A stretch of DNA of 64,000 nucleotides from an uncultured Actinomycetota bacterium (GCA_963706855.1 CAVPNU010000005.1:297422-361421); one strand, 5' to 3'. Counted from the first letter of the stretch, positions 23,913-33,861 are shown. Notes: generated by a model not told the origin, from the sequence alone. Numbers and translations: made by a program.

Positions 23913-26869
23913 TCAGGAGTCGGCGGTGAGGGTGCGCAGCAGGCCGATGACCTTGCGTGCGAACTCGTCCCAGGACTCCCCGGACTTGGTCACGAACCGG
24001 GTCTGACCGAGCAGCAGGCGACGCCGGTCCTCGGCGCTGAGCTGGGTGCCCGTGTAGACCAGCAGGGGTAGCGTCCGCAGCCGCTCCTCGCGTCGTAGCT
24101 CCTCGACCACGGCATACCCGTCGATGTCCGGCAGACCCAGGTCCAGGACGAGCAGGTCCGGGGGCACCTCACGGCTCATGGCCAGCGCCTGGGCGCCGGT
24201 GTGGGCGACCCGAGCACGAACGCCGTGGTCGGTGAAGAACATCGCCAGCATCTCGGCGACGTCTTCGTCGTCCTCGACCACCAGGACGCTGGTGGTCGGC
24301 CCGGTCCCCAGGGCCCGGCGTAGCGAGGCCATCAGGGCCTGCTGGTCGACCGGCTTGGTCAGCCAGGACGACGCCGCGGGGACCGCCATGTCGTCGGGGG
24401 CCAGCGCAGACAAGATGATGATCGGGATGTCCGCCGTCACAGGGTCGGCCCGCAACGCTGCGATGGTCTCCCAGCCGGACATGCCCGGCATCCGCAGATC
24501 CATCACCACCACGCTGGGCGCCTGGTCGCCGGCCAAGGCCAGGGCCTCGGGGCCACTATGGGCGCGCAGGGTGGCATAACCATGGGACTCGAGCATCGCG
24601 GAGAGGACCTCGACCACGTCGGGGTCGTCGTCGCAGACCAGGACCGCGCCCACCGGGAGCGGCCCGGCGCCCATCTCTTCGCCGGGAGCCGGCGCTGCCG
24701 GAAGGGTGAAGGTGAACGTGGTGCCCTGCCCGACCTCACTGGTGGCCCAGATCCGTCCGCCGTGCTGCTCGATGATCCCGCGACAGATGGGCAGCCCCAG
24801 GCCGGTGCCCGCTTTGGCGCGGCTGTCGGAGGCATCGGCCTGGGTGAACCGGTCGAAGATGGCCTCGAGCTGGTCGGCCGGGATGCCGCTGCCCTGGTCG
24901 GTGACGGTGAACTGCACGAGGTTCTTGGAGTCCGGTCGGCCCGGCCGCCAGCAGCACCGTGCTTCCCGGCGGAGAGAACTTGATGGCGTTGCTGATCAGG
25001 TTGGTCAGGGCTTGCGCCACTCGGTCCGGGTCTGCGAGCACCGTGGCGTTGATGGGCAGGGCGGCCAGCGTGACGTCGGCCTGCGCGGCCATGGCCCGCA
25101 TCTCCTCGATGGCGCCCGCGACGATCTGGGCTGCGGGCAGCGGAGCCAGGTCGAGCTCGAGCTTTCCTGCGGCCATCTTCTCGATGTCGAGGATGTCGTT
25201 GACCAGGCGCACCAGTCGCTGGCTGCTGTTCAGGGCGACATCGGCCATCCGCTGAGCCTTGGGTGGCAGCGCGCCGACGGCACCGCCGGCGAGCAACCCC
25301 AGGGCGCCTCGGATGGAGGTCAGCGGCGTGCGCAGCTCGTGGCTGATGACGGCGACGAACTCGTCCTTCATCCGCTCCAGGGCACGCTGCTCGGTGACGT
25401 CCTGCATGGTGCCGACCAAACGCACGAACTGGCCATCGGCATCACGGATCGCCTTGCCATGGGCGACGACCTCGCGCACCGCCCCGTCGGGCCGAACGAT
25501 GCGGTACTGCCCTTCGACGTCAGCGGGAGACTGGGCCACCGCATGACGGTTCCGCATCACCTCGGCCAGGTCTTCGGGGTGGACCCGCGCGGCGAACAGC
25601 TCCTCGTGGGAGCCGGGTGTGTGCGGTTCCAGACCCAGGATCCGGTAGAACTCCTCGCTCCACTCAGTGGCCCCGGTGCGGGGGTCCCACTGCCAGCTCC
25701 CGATGTGTGCCAGCTGCTGGGCAGCCTGCAGCTCGTCGTTGGTGTGGGCCTGTCGCTCGCTGGTGCTCTTCAGGTTGCGCAGCAGTGCGTCGTTGCGGCG
25801 AGCCAGCCGGTAGAGGAAGAAGGCGAGCATCAGCATCACCACCAGCACGGCGGCAGCCGCCGCGACGGTCCACGCCACGGCCCGCCTCTGCTCGCTGACG
25901 GCGGCCGCGCTCTCGACGGCGGCTTGCCTGGCCAGGTTGGTGGTCAGGTCGGCCTGAGGCTGCTCCAGAGCGGCGAAGGCGCGCTCGAAGCGCGGAAGCT
26001 GGGCTCGGGCGGCCGGCGGGTTGGTCGCGGCCAGGCCCACGAGGGCCACGGCCTGCGCGCCGTAGGACTGCAGGCGCGGACGCAGCTGGTCGACTTGCGC
26101 TGCGAGCGCAGCGTGGGCTGTCGACCGGGTCCAAGCGCCGCAGGTCACTGTCCAACCGGGCGACGTGCGCGCTGACGGCCTCCTGCGCCGCCGGGCGGCT
26201 TGCCCCAGCTTGGGTGTGGCTGAGGACCGCCGCCAAGACGTCGGCATGGAGAGTGTCGTGCAGCATGTCCGCGTCCTGCTGGTACCTCTGGGCCGTCAAC
26301 AGCAGCACGGCGTTGTCGTGCGCGCGGCTCACCTGGTCAAAACCGGTCAGAGCCGTGATCACCACCAGCAGCGGCAACACGAGCGACACCACCGCGGCGA
26401 TCAGCAGGCCGCGTCGCAGCGCGTGACCACTGGTCAGGTCCGGCCCCAGCAGGTCAGGTTCGCTAGCCACGGGAAGCCTCTCCCCCGGCGTGGCGGCGTC
26501 GGCGGGGTCGGCGGGGTCGGCGGGGTCGGCCAGAGCCTGGCGCAGCAACGCCACCTGCTCCAGACCGGCCCGGGCTTGCGCTTGCGGGTCGGCGTCGATG
26601 GTGTCCAACAGTGCTTCCAGGTCCCGGCCAAGCCGGCTCGCCAGCGGGAAGCCGAAGGTGCCTGCGGACCCCGCGAGCGAGTGCGCGGCGGCGCGCGCGT
26701 TGAGCCGCATCTCCTCGGGCAGGTCGCCGTCGAGCAGGGCCTGCAGGGCTTGGGCGATGACGTCGGCCCGGGCACCATTGCTGATCCGGGCACGCTCGCG
26801 GAAGCCGGCCATCGCATCATCGAGCTCGCTGTGCTCGACCCCGTCGGCACGGCCTGGGTCGGTGGTCAT
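23913..26869 (-). CDS. hybrid sensor histidine kinase of about 985 aa with an N-terminal Hpt domain. Order is Hpt-TM-helical sensor-TM-PAS-HisKA-HATPase_c-REC-REC. Two frameshifts.
   Basis: N-terminal Hpt signature AHSLAGSAGTFG. Two hydrophobic segments flank a helical periplasmic-type domain of about 200 aa. PAS (HIGSWQWD), HisKA (ISHELRTPLTSI), ATPase, then two receiver domains (VLVCDDDPD...DLRMPGMSG and VLVVEDDEDV...DLGLPDIDG). Shifts near 26135 and 24940. Confidence 0.75.
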
Positions 26870-27273
26870 CAGGACCAGCCCAGCAGTGCGGACAGCTCCG
26901 CGGGCAGAAGCATCGGGTCGAAGGGCTTCACGAGCACGCCCTCGACCGGCAGGCTGGCGAAGGCGGCGCGATCTGCGGCCTGGACCTTTGCAGTCAGCAG
27001 GACGATCGGGATATGGCGCGTGGCAGGCTCAGCTTTCAGTGCCAGCGCCGCCGTCGGGCCATCCATCCCGGGCATCATGACGTCCATGACGATGGCGTCG
27101 GGCTGCTCTGCCGTCGCCCGTTCCACGCCTTCGCGCCCATCGGCGGCGGTGGTCACGACCCAGCCCCCGACGGCCTCCAGGCTCATCGTGGCGACCTCCA
27201 GGATCAGGTCGTCGTCGTCGACGACAAGGACGCGCCGCTGCCCACCGACATTTGCCTCCGGAGCTGGGCTCAT
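26869..27273 (-). CDS. stand-alone receiver-domain response regulator (CheY-like, no output domain)
   Basis: 134 aa. Phospho-acceptor context VLVVDDDDLI...DVMMPGMDG...LLTAK. Stop/start overlap (TGATG) with the downstream hybrid kinase. Confidence 0.85.
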   Translation of the reverse strand: MSPAPEANVGGQRRVLVVDDDDLILEVATMSLEAVGGWVVTTAADGREGVERATAEQPDAIVMDVMMPGMDGPTAALALKAEPATRHIPIVLLTAKVQAADRAAFASLPVEGVLVKPFDPMLLPAELSALLGWS

Positions 27274-27448
27274 CGGGTCGCGAACGCCGGCGGTCGGGGT
27301 GCTTTGATGCGCATTCGCCTAGTGTGCCCGACTTACCCCCGGGACGCGCCCCGTTGCCGACACGTCGACGTGTGAGAAGCCCTGAGAGCAAAAGCGGTCA
27401 GTCTGGCCTCGGGCCGATGGCGGCCGGGTCCGGCCCACGCAGGCGTCT

Positions 27449-28493
27449 CTAACGGCTCGAGAGCACAGCTGAGGTCGAGCCGCCGGGACTCTCGCGGGGC
27501 AGGACGAGGTCGAACGCGGTTCTGGGATGGTGTGCTCGGACCATCCGACCGCCGCACGCCGCCGCAAGCTGCTCGGCCACTGGCAAGCCGATCCCCTCGC
27601 CGGCCGAGGATGACGGTGCCACCGCCGCGGTCGTGGGAGTGCCCTGGTCGGCGACCCGCAGCCTGACGCTGTCGGCCATGACGTCGACACTGACCTCGAT
27701 GTCCCCGACGCCGTGCTTGATCGCGTTGTCGATCAGGACGTCGAGCACCTGCGAGGCCGGCCCCGCCGGGGCCGGCACCTGACAGATGGGTAGCTCGCCG
27801 GCCAGCCGCAGCGCCCGCCCGGCGGCCCGGGCGGTCGATGCCCAGCGGTGCGTGGCGTGGACGGCCAGGACCGCCGGGTCGGTTTCGTAACGGCCCGCTG
27901 GCAACGCTGCCGCGCCGGGCCAGGGCCAGCAGGTCGGCGATGATGTCGGCGAGCCGGTCCACCTCCGCGCGAGCGCGCTGCAGGTCCGCCCGCACCATAC
28001 GCGGGGTCTCCGGATGCATCGTGAGCTCTTCGATCTGCAGCCCCAGCGCAGTCAACGGGGTCCGGAGCTGGTGCGCGACCTGGCCACTGAACGCTCGCTC
28101 CTGCGCGAGCTGGGCGTGCAGCCGAAGAGCGCTCAGGCGCATCGCCGCCAGCACGTCAGTCAGCCCATCGGCGTCGGTGGACGCCGATGGGCTGACAGCG
28201 CTGACCTCGTCGAGATGACGGGCGGCGTCCAGCAGCACCGCGTGGGAGCGCCGGTACCGCGTCTGCCCGCGCCAGGCCCGGGCGAGCAGCACGGTCGAGG
28301 GCACCGCGCCGAGAGCCGGCCGCCACCAGCCAGCCCACCAGCGTCCTACCGCTCGGCTCCCCCAGATGGGGAGCCGGGAGCCTGCCCGCTGGCGAGCTGC
28401 CACGGCCAGGACGGCGGCGGCCACGATGACGCCCAAGAGTGCCAGCCCCAACACCATTCCCGATAGGCGCCGACGCCGAGGCGTGCTGCTCAT
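27449..28493 (-). CDS. membrane sensor histidine kinase (short extracytoplasmic loop, HisKA + HATPase_c). Frameshift near 27900.
   Basis: N-terminal TM helix. HisKA H-box (AHQLRTPLTAL) in the 27333-28493 frame. ATP-binding domain (LIDNAIKHG...GEGIGLPV) in the 27449-27904 frame. Confidence 0.7.
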
Positions 28494-28735
28494 GAGTGCT
28501 CCCTGAACCGGCCCGGCGACGACGACTGAGGACGTTTGGCCCCAATGTATGCCGAACGCCCGATTTGAGGCTTCTTAGCGCGCTTCGGCCTCAGCCGGCT
28601 TTGGGTTGGGGGCCTCCGCGGGTCGAGCCCCCTTGACGCTCTGACACACTTTGCGATGTCACGGGGTCGGCTTCGGCCGACTCAGACGAACCTGAGCACG
28701 CTCCATGTCCGATTACGGGCACAGACGTGCTCGAT

Positions 28736-28812
28736 GGGGCAGTAGCTCAGTCGGTCAGAGCAGCGGACTCATAATCCGTCGGTCGTCGGTTCAAGCCCGA
28801 CCTGCCCCACCA
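28736..28812 (+). tRNA. tRNA-Met (anticodon CAT). Elongator type, though a tRNA-Ile2 (lysidine) cannot be excluded.
   Basis: GGGGCAGTAGCTCAGTCGGTCAGAGCAGCGGACTCATAATCCGTCGGTCGTCGGTTCAAGCCCGACCTGCCCCACCA. G1-C72 is paired and CCA is encoded. Confidence 0.85.
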
Positions 28813-28830
28813 CACCCTGTATTGCTTCGC

Positions 28831-28900
28831 CTGATGCTTGACGTTTGGCCTTCGGCTGATGGCTGACAGTGTTCCGGGTGATGCTTGACAGTTGTTCCGG
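28831..28900 (+). repeat. three imperfect tandem repeats of about 23-25 bp (cTGATGcTTGACagTTgTTCCGG), each with a TTGAC(-35-like) core, upstream of the hemerythrin gene
   Basis: Units at 28831-28855, 28856-28877 and 28878-28900. Local GC is lower than the surroundings. Confidence 0.5.
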
Positions 28901-28963
28901 CGCGGCAGAGGCGGCGGTCATTGACCGCGAGTCTGCGAGCCCGAGTGAGCGTTAGGGTGTGGC

Positions 28964-29467
28964 ATGGCCGACATCATCGATCTCATCGTCGAAGACCACC
29001 AGTGGTTCAGGCAGCGCTTCTTCAACCTCGATGCTGCCAGGAGCGAAGCGGAGCTGCGGGCCGTCTGGGAGCCCTTGGCCATCCGGCTGGAAACACATGC
29101 CGACGCCGAGGAGACGATCTTCTATCCTTCCTTGCTCAAACGGGGCGAGTCCGGTGACCCCAAGGACGAGACCGAAGACGCGATCCACGACCACAACGAG
29201 ATTCGCGACGCCATCAGGGCCGCCCGGGCTGAAGAGGTCGGCACACAGCAGTGGTTCGCGGCCGTCGGTGAAGCCAGGAAACAGAACGGCCAGCACATGG
29301 ACGAAGAGGAGCGCGAAGGCCTCCCCGACTTCCTCAAGAGCACGACGGGCGAGCTACGGCACGACCTCGCCATGCAATGGCTGCAGTTCTTCTACGAGCA
29401 CCCCCAGGGCAGGGGCGTCCCTGACGAGGACAAGGACCCCAAGGCCTACATCGAGGACAACGCCTGA
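28964..29467 (+). CDS. hemerythrin HHE cation-binding domain protein
   Basis: 167 aa with spaced His/Glu ligands (IVEDHQW..., HADAEE, HDHNEIRD, HMDEEE). Intact. Confidence 0.75.
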   Translation: MADIIDLIVEDHQWFRQRFFNLDAARSEAELRAVWEPLAIRLETHADAEETIFYPSLLKRGESGDPKDETEDAIHDHNEIRDAIRAARAEEVGTQQWFAAVGEARKQNGQHMDEEEREGLPDFLKSTTGELRHDLAMQWLQFFYEHPQGRGVPDEDKDPKAYIEDNA

Positions 29468-29565
29468 GCCTGCGGTGAGGGCCCCGCGTTCACGCTATCT
29501 CGCCGGCAGTCTGCAGCTGCGGCGCGCGACGCGCCGACCGGCATGCCGGGCCGCCTCCGGCCTGG

Positions 29566-31049
29566 TTGGATGGGCCGATGGGTCCAGTCGTGCGCGTCAC
29601 CGGGGGTCAGGTTCGAGGGTCGACACGCGACGGCGTCAACGCCTTCCTCGGCATCCCGTATGCCGCCCCGGCCGTGGGTGCGGACCGGTACCGCGCCCCG
29701 GGGCCGGTCGTCCCCTGGGACGGTGAGCGGGACGGGGCCTCGCCCGGACCGACAGCCAGCCAGGCGGCATACCCACCGCCGATGGATGCGCTCCTGCCGA
29801 GCTCGGTGGCACCTGGCGTCGACTACCTCAACGTCAGCGTCTGGGCACCGACCGACGGAGCCGACCGACCGGTGATGGTGTGGATCCACGGCGGGGCGTT
29901 CGTCCGCGGCGCGAACTCGTTGGCCGTGTACGACGGCTCCGCGTTCGCCCGCGACGGCGTGGTGCTCGTGAGCGTCAACTACCGCCTCGGGGTCCCCGGG
30001 TTCGCGGTGCTGGACGGCGCCCCGACGAACCTGGACTGCGCGACCAGATCGCGGCCCTGCAATGGGTGCGCGACAACGTCGCTGCGTTCGGTGGCAACCC
30101 GGATGACGTCACCGTGTTCGGGGAGTCCGCGGGCGGCATGAGCGTGGCGACTCTGATGGCCTCCCCCGCGGCACGCGAGCTGTTCCACCGGGCCATCGTC
30201 CAGAGCGGCGGCGCGACGGCCGTCTGCTCACTCGACGACGCGAGCCGGGTGAGCCGCGAGATCGCCGCTCGCCTTTCGGTCCCTGCGACGGCGGAGGCCT
30301 TCGCCGCCCTCGACCCCGACCTCGTGACGGCAGCTCAGTCAGCCGTGGGACTGGCGATGCAGACCGACCCCGACCCGGACCGATGGGGGCCGACGGTGCT
30401 CAGCGGCGGGCTCGGCATCATGAGCCTGTTTCCCGTCGTCGACGGCGACGTCGTCCCCGATGTCCCACTCGCCTGCATCGCCGACGGTTCCGCCGCCGGC
30501 ATACCCCTGCTCATCGGCACGACGCGCGAGGAGTTCCGGCTCTTCCTCGTGCCCACGGGCATCGCTGCGTCGGTGACGCGAGAGGCGTTGCCATTGTTGG
30601 CTTCTCGCTACGGCTGGCCCCAACAGGCCGTCGAGGTGTATGCCGCGAACCGCCCCGACGCCTCGCCCGGTGACCTCGCCTGCGCCATCCTCACGGATGC
30701 GGGGTTCCGTGTGCCGGCTCACCGTCTCGCGTCCGCCCACCACGGCGCGGGCGGGTCGGTCCATGCCTACGAGCTCGGCTGGCCGAGCCCCGTTGCGGGA
30801 CTGGGAGCCTGCCACGCCCTCGAGCTGCCCTTCGTCTTCGACACGGTGGGGCGTGGTGCGCCCATGGCAGGTGATGCTGCCCCGCGGCAGCTCGCCGACA
30901 CCATGCATCAGGCCTGGGTGGAGTTCGCACGTCACGGGGCGCCGGGGTGGCAGTCCTGGACGCCGCAGAGCCCGGCGGTCATGACGTTCGACGTGGACTC
31001 TCGCGTGGTCCTTGGACCGCGTGCCGACGAGCTGGCCATCTGGGACTGA
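29566..31049 (+). CDS. type-B carboxylesterase (para-nitrobenzyl esterase-like). Frameshift near 30040.
   Basis: N-terminus ([13 protein letters not shown] oxyanion hole) lies in the 29566 frame. GESAGG nucleophile elbow and the rest lie in the 29880-31049 frame. Confidence 0.8.
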
Positions 31050-31127
31050 GGGTCCTGACGGACCGCGATGCCACCAGCGCCCGGCAGGCGTACGCTGAAA
31101 GGGTCTAGGGGTCGGTAAGGACGTGTC

Positions 31128-32070
31128 ATGGGCCTTCAGGTCACCGTCGTCGTCATCGTCATCGTGCTGCTCGTGCTGCTGGCCATGGCCGTCAAGATCG
31201 TCAAGCAGTACGAACAGGGAGTGCTGTTCCGGCTCGGCAGGGTCGTGGGTGTGCGCCATCCGGGGCTGCAGCTGATCGTCCCGGTCATCGACGTGCTGCA
31301 CCGCGTGACCCTGCGCATCATCACCATGCCGATCCAGTCGCAGGGGATCATCACCCGTGACAACGTCAGCGTCGACGTCTCGGCCGTGGCCTACTTCCGC
31401 GTGGTCGACGCGGTGAAGTCGGTCGTCGCCATCGAGAACGTCCACGCCGCCATCAACCAGATCGCCCAGACGACCCTGCGCAAGGTGGTGGGCCAGCACA
31501 CCCTCGACGAGACGCTGTCCGAGACGGACCGGATCAACATGGACATCCGCAAGATCCTCGACGTGACGACGATCGAGTGGGGCGTCGAGGTGACGCTGGT
31601 GGAGCTCAAGGACATCCAGCTGCCCGACACCATGAAGCGAGCCATGGCCCGCCAGGCCGAGGCCGAGCGGGAGAAGCGCGCCAAGATCATCAACGCCGAG
31701 GGCGAGTCGCTGGCGGCCGCTGCCCTGGGTGCCGCGTCGGACACGATGATGGCCCACCCGCTGGCGCTGCAGCTGCGCAACCTGCAGAGTCTCGTCGAGA
31801 TCGGGGTCGACCGGAACACGACCGTCGTCTTCCCCGCCCCGCTGATGAGCACCATCGGAGAGCTCGGCGCCTTCCTCGCCAGAGAGAGCGCCGCCGCCGA
31901 TAGCGCCGCAGGCGCGCCACCGAGCCCGCCCCCGAGCCCACCGCCGGGTCCGCCAGTCCACCCCCGAGCCGACCTCCCCGAGCGCTCCACCACCGTAGGC
32001 GGCCCGCTCGGTCCGCACACGACGGCCACGTCGCCGATTTCGCACGCCCGCAGCGGTTCCTCGGTACTCT
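31128..32070 (+). CDS. SPFH/band-7 (stomatin/slipin-like) membrane protein. C-terminal end uncertain.
   Basis: N-terminal TM helix followed by an SPFH domain. The frame runs on without a stop, through a Pro-rich tail, into the next gene. True stop probably lost to a frameshift before about 32077. Confidence 0.7.
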
Positions 32071-32076
32071 CCAGCG

Positions 32077-32868
32077 ATGCTCAGCACTCGCGGCGCCACC
32101 CTCGCGCCCCTCGTCCTTGTCGGCCTGACCGCGGCGGCTGCTCTGGGCGCCTGCTCCAGCGGCGCGCCTGCTGCGAAGGGAAGCTCGAGCTCCACCTCCG
32201 CTCCCACGACCGCCACGTCGAGCGCTCCGTCGAGCCCCACGTCCAGCACGTCGAGCACCACCACGACCCAGGCGGTGGCCGCACCCCGCACGGCCGCCGA
32301 GCTGAAGAAGGCACTCCTCGAGCTCAGCGACCTGCCGTCCGGGTTCGCCATCGAACCACCGAGCAACAGTGGCGGCGGCCCCAAGGCCAGCTCGACCGAC
32401 CCCAGGTGCGCCGCGTTCGTCCGGCTGTCGAACGCCGACACGGCGCCCGGTGGGAAGGCGCATGCCGAGATCTCGTTCTCCGGTGGTCAGTCCGGCCCCT
32501 TCATCGACGAGGCGCTCGACGCCTTCGCCGGCGCAGCGAAGGTCGCCGCTCTGCAGGCGGAGTCCAAGGCCGCCATCGCGTCGTGCTCCAAGGTGACCCT
32601 GTCCGTGCCCGGCGCCGGGACGTCGGTCGTCACGGTGCGCCCCGTCAGCCCGCCGGCATACGGCGACACCCCGGTTGCCGCGCGGATGAACGCCACGGGT
32701 GGGACGTTGGACGGGCTGGAGATCACCGTGGTGACGACCGGCGTCGGAGACACCGTGGCATCGCTGAGCTTCGTCGGCGCCACCCCCGACGACATCGACG
32801 GCGCCACCAGCGCAGCGGTGGACAAGGCGACCCAGCTGCTGGGCGTCACGCCGCAGGCAACGTCCTGA
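32077..32868 (+). CDS. secreted lipoprotein with a Ser/Thr-rich linker
   Basis: Signal peptide with lipobox LGAC. 263 aa with high GC3. No recognisable catalytic motif. Confidence 0.55.
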   Translation: MLSTRGATLAPLVLVGLTAAAALGACSSGAPAAKGSSSSTSAPTTATSSAPSSPTSSTSSTTTTQAVAAPRTAAELKKALLELSDLPSGFAIEPPSNSGGGPKASSTDPRCAAFVRLSNADTAPGGKAHAEISFSGGQSGPFIDEALDAFAGAAKVAALQAESKAAIASCSKVTLSVPGAGTSVVTVRPVSPPAYGDTPVAARMNATGGTLDGLEITVVTTGVGDTVASLSFVGATPDDIDGATSAAVDKATQLLGVTPQATS

Positions 32869-32968
32869 CCTGACGCGGGGGACTCCGGGCGCACCACCCG
32901 GCGACGGATAGCATGCCGGCGTACGTTCGAGGGCGGTATCCCGTTCGCCCGATGCCGAAAGGGTCTGC

Positions 32969-33592
32969 GTGAACCAGCTCCGTCGCCTCGACGACCGGGT
33001 CCTCCTGGCCATCAACGACTTCGCCCGCCGCACCCCGCTGCTGCACGGTCCCATCAATGCCTACGCCAAGTACGGCGTGGTCGTGTTCGCGCTGCTGCTG
33101 CTCGCGGGACTGGTCGCCGCGCGCCATCGCAGCTCACGTGACCTCGCGGCGACCGGCTGGGCGGCCATCGCCATGCTGCTGGCGCTGGCGCTGAACCAGC
33201 CCCTCGGTCACGTCTTCGCCGAGCAGCGTCCGTATGTCGCGCACCCGGGCCTGCTGCGACTGGCCAGCGTCACGACCGACTTCTCCTTCCCTTCCGACCA
33301 CTCGGTGATGGCCGGAGCCGTCGCCGTCGGGCTGCTGCTGGCGCACCGCCGGCTGGGCGCCCTGGCCACTCTCGCGGCGCTGCTCATGGCTTTCGCGCGG
33401 GTCTACATCGCGGCGCACTACCCCTGGGACGTCGTGGGTGGGCTGGTGTTCGGAGGGCTCGTGGCGGGTCTCGGTTGGCTCCTGCTGAGGGCTCCTCTCA
33501 CCTGGGTCGTCGACCGGCTCCGCGCCGCGCCGGGTCTCCGCTCCGTCTTCGGCGTCCCGGCTACGTCGAACGGCGTCGGCCATCCGGCTTAG
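32969..33592 (+). CDS. PAP2-family membrane phosphatase
   Basis: GTG start. Contains PSDHS and SRVYIAAHYPWDVVGG (PAP2 signature). Multiple TM helices. Confidence 0.75.
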   Translation: MNQLRRLDDRVLLAINDFARRTPLLHGPINAYAKYGVVVFALLLLAGLVAARHRSSRDLAATGWAAIAMLLALALNQPLGHVFAEQRPYVAHPGLLRLASVTTDFSFPSDHSVMAGAVAVGLLLAHRRLGALATLAALLMAFARVYIAAHYPWDVVGGLVFGGLVAGLGWLLLRAPLTWVVDRLRAAPGLRSVFGVPATSNGVGHPA

Positions 33593-33624
33593 CCCGTTCT
33601 CGGGAACGAGCATCCGGACGGGCC

Positions 33625-33861
33625 ATGGTGAGGCCGAACGCGCGCGCGCAGACTGGGGTGGTGGAGATCTTGACGTTCACACCCCGACCGCCCGTGAGTG
33701 GGCCGGTCATCGCGTGTGCCGGCACCGTCGAGCTCGTCGACGGCGCGCGCTGCGACTGTCTCCTGCCGGACCACCGCCGCATCTACCGCGTCCGGTCCGT
33801 CGCGACCGGGGCCGAGTGCTGGGCCTACCTCGGCGAGCTCATGGTGCACGAGGTCGCCTGA
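33625..33861 (+). CDS. small Cys-containing hypothetical protein (78 aa)
   Basis: GC3 of about 90%. Sequence CAGT...CDC...C. No recognised family. Confidence 0.35.
   Translation: MVRPNARAQTGVVEILTFTPRPPVSGPVIACAGTVELVDGARCDCLLPDHRRIYRVRSVATGAECWAYLGELMVHEVA

Noticed and set aside
28831-28900. Possible CRISPR array from the tandem repeats near tRNA-Met
   Set aside because: Only three imperfect units of about 24 bp with no unique spacers between them and no cas genes. It does not fit CRISPR architecture.
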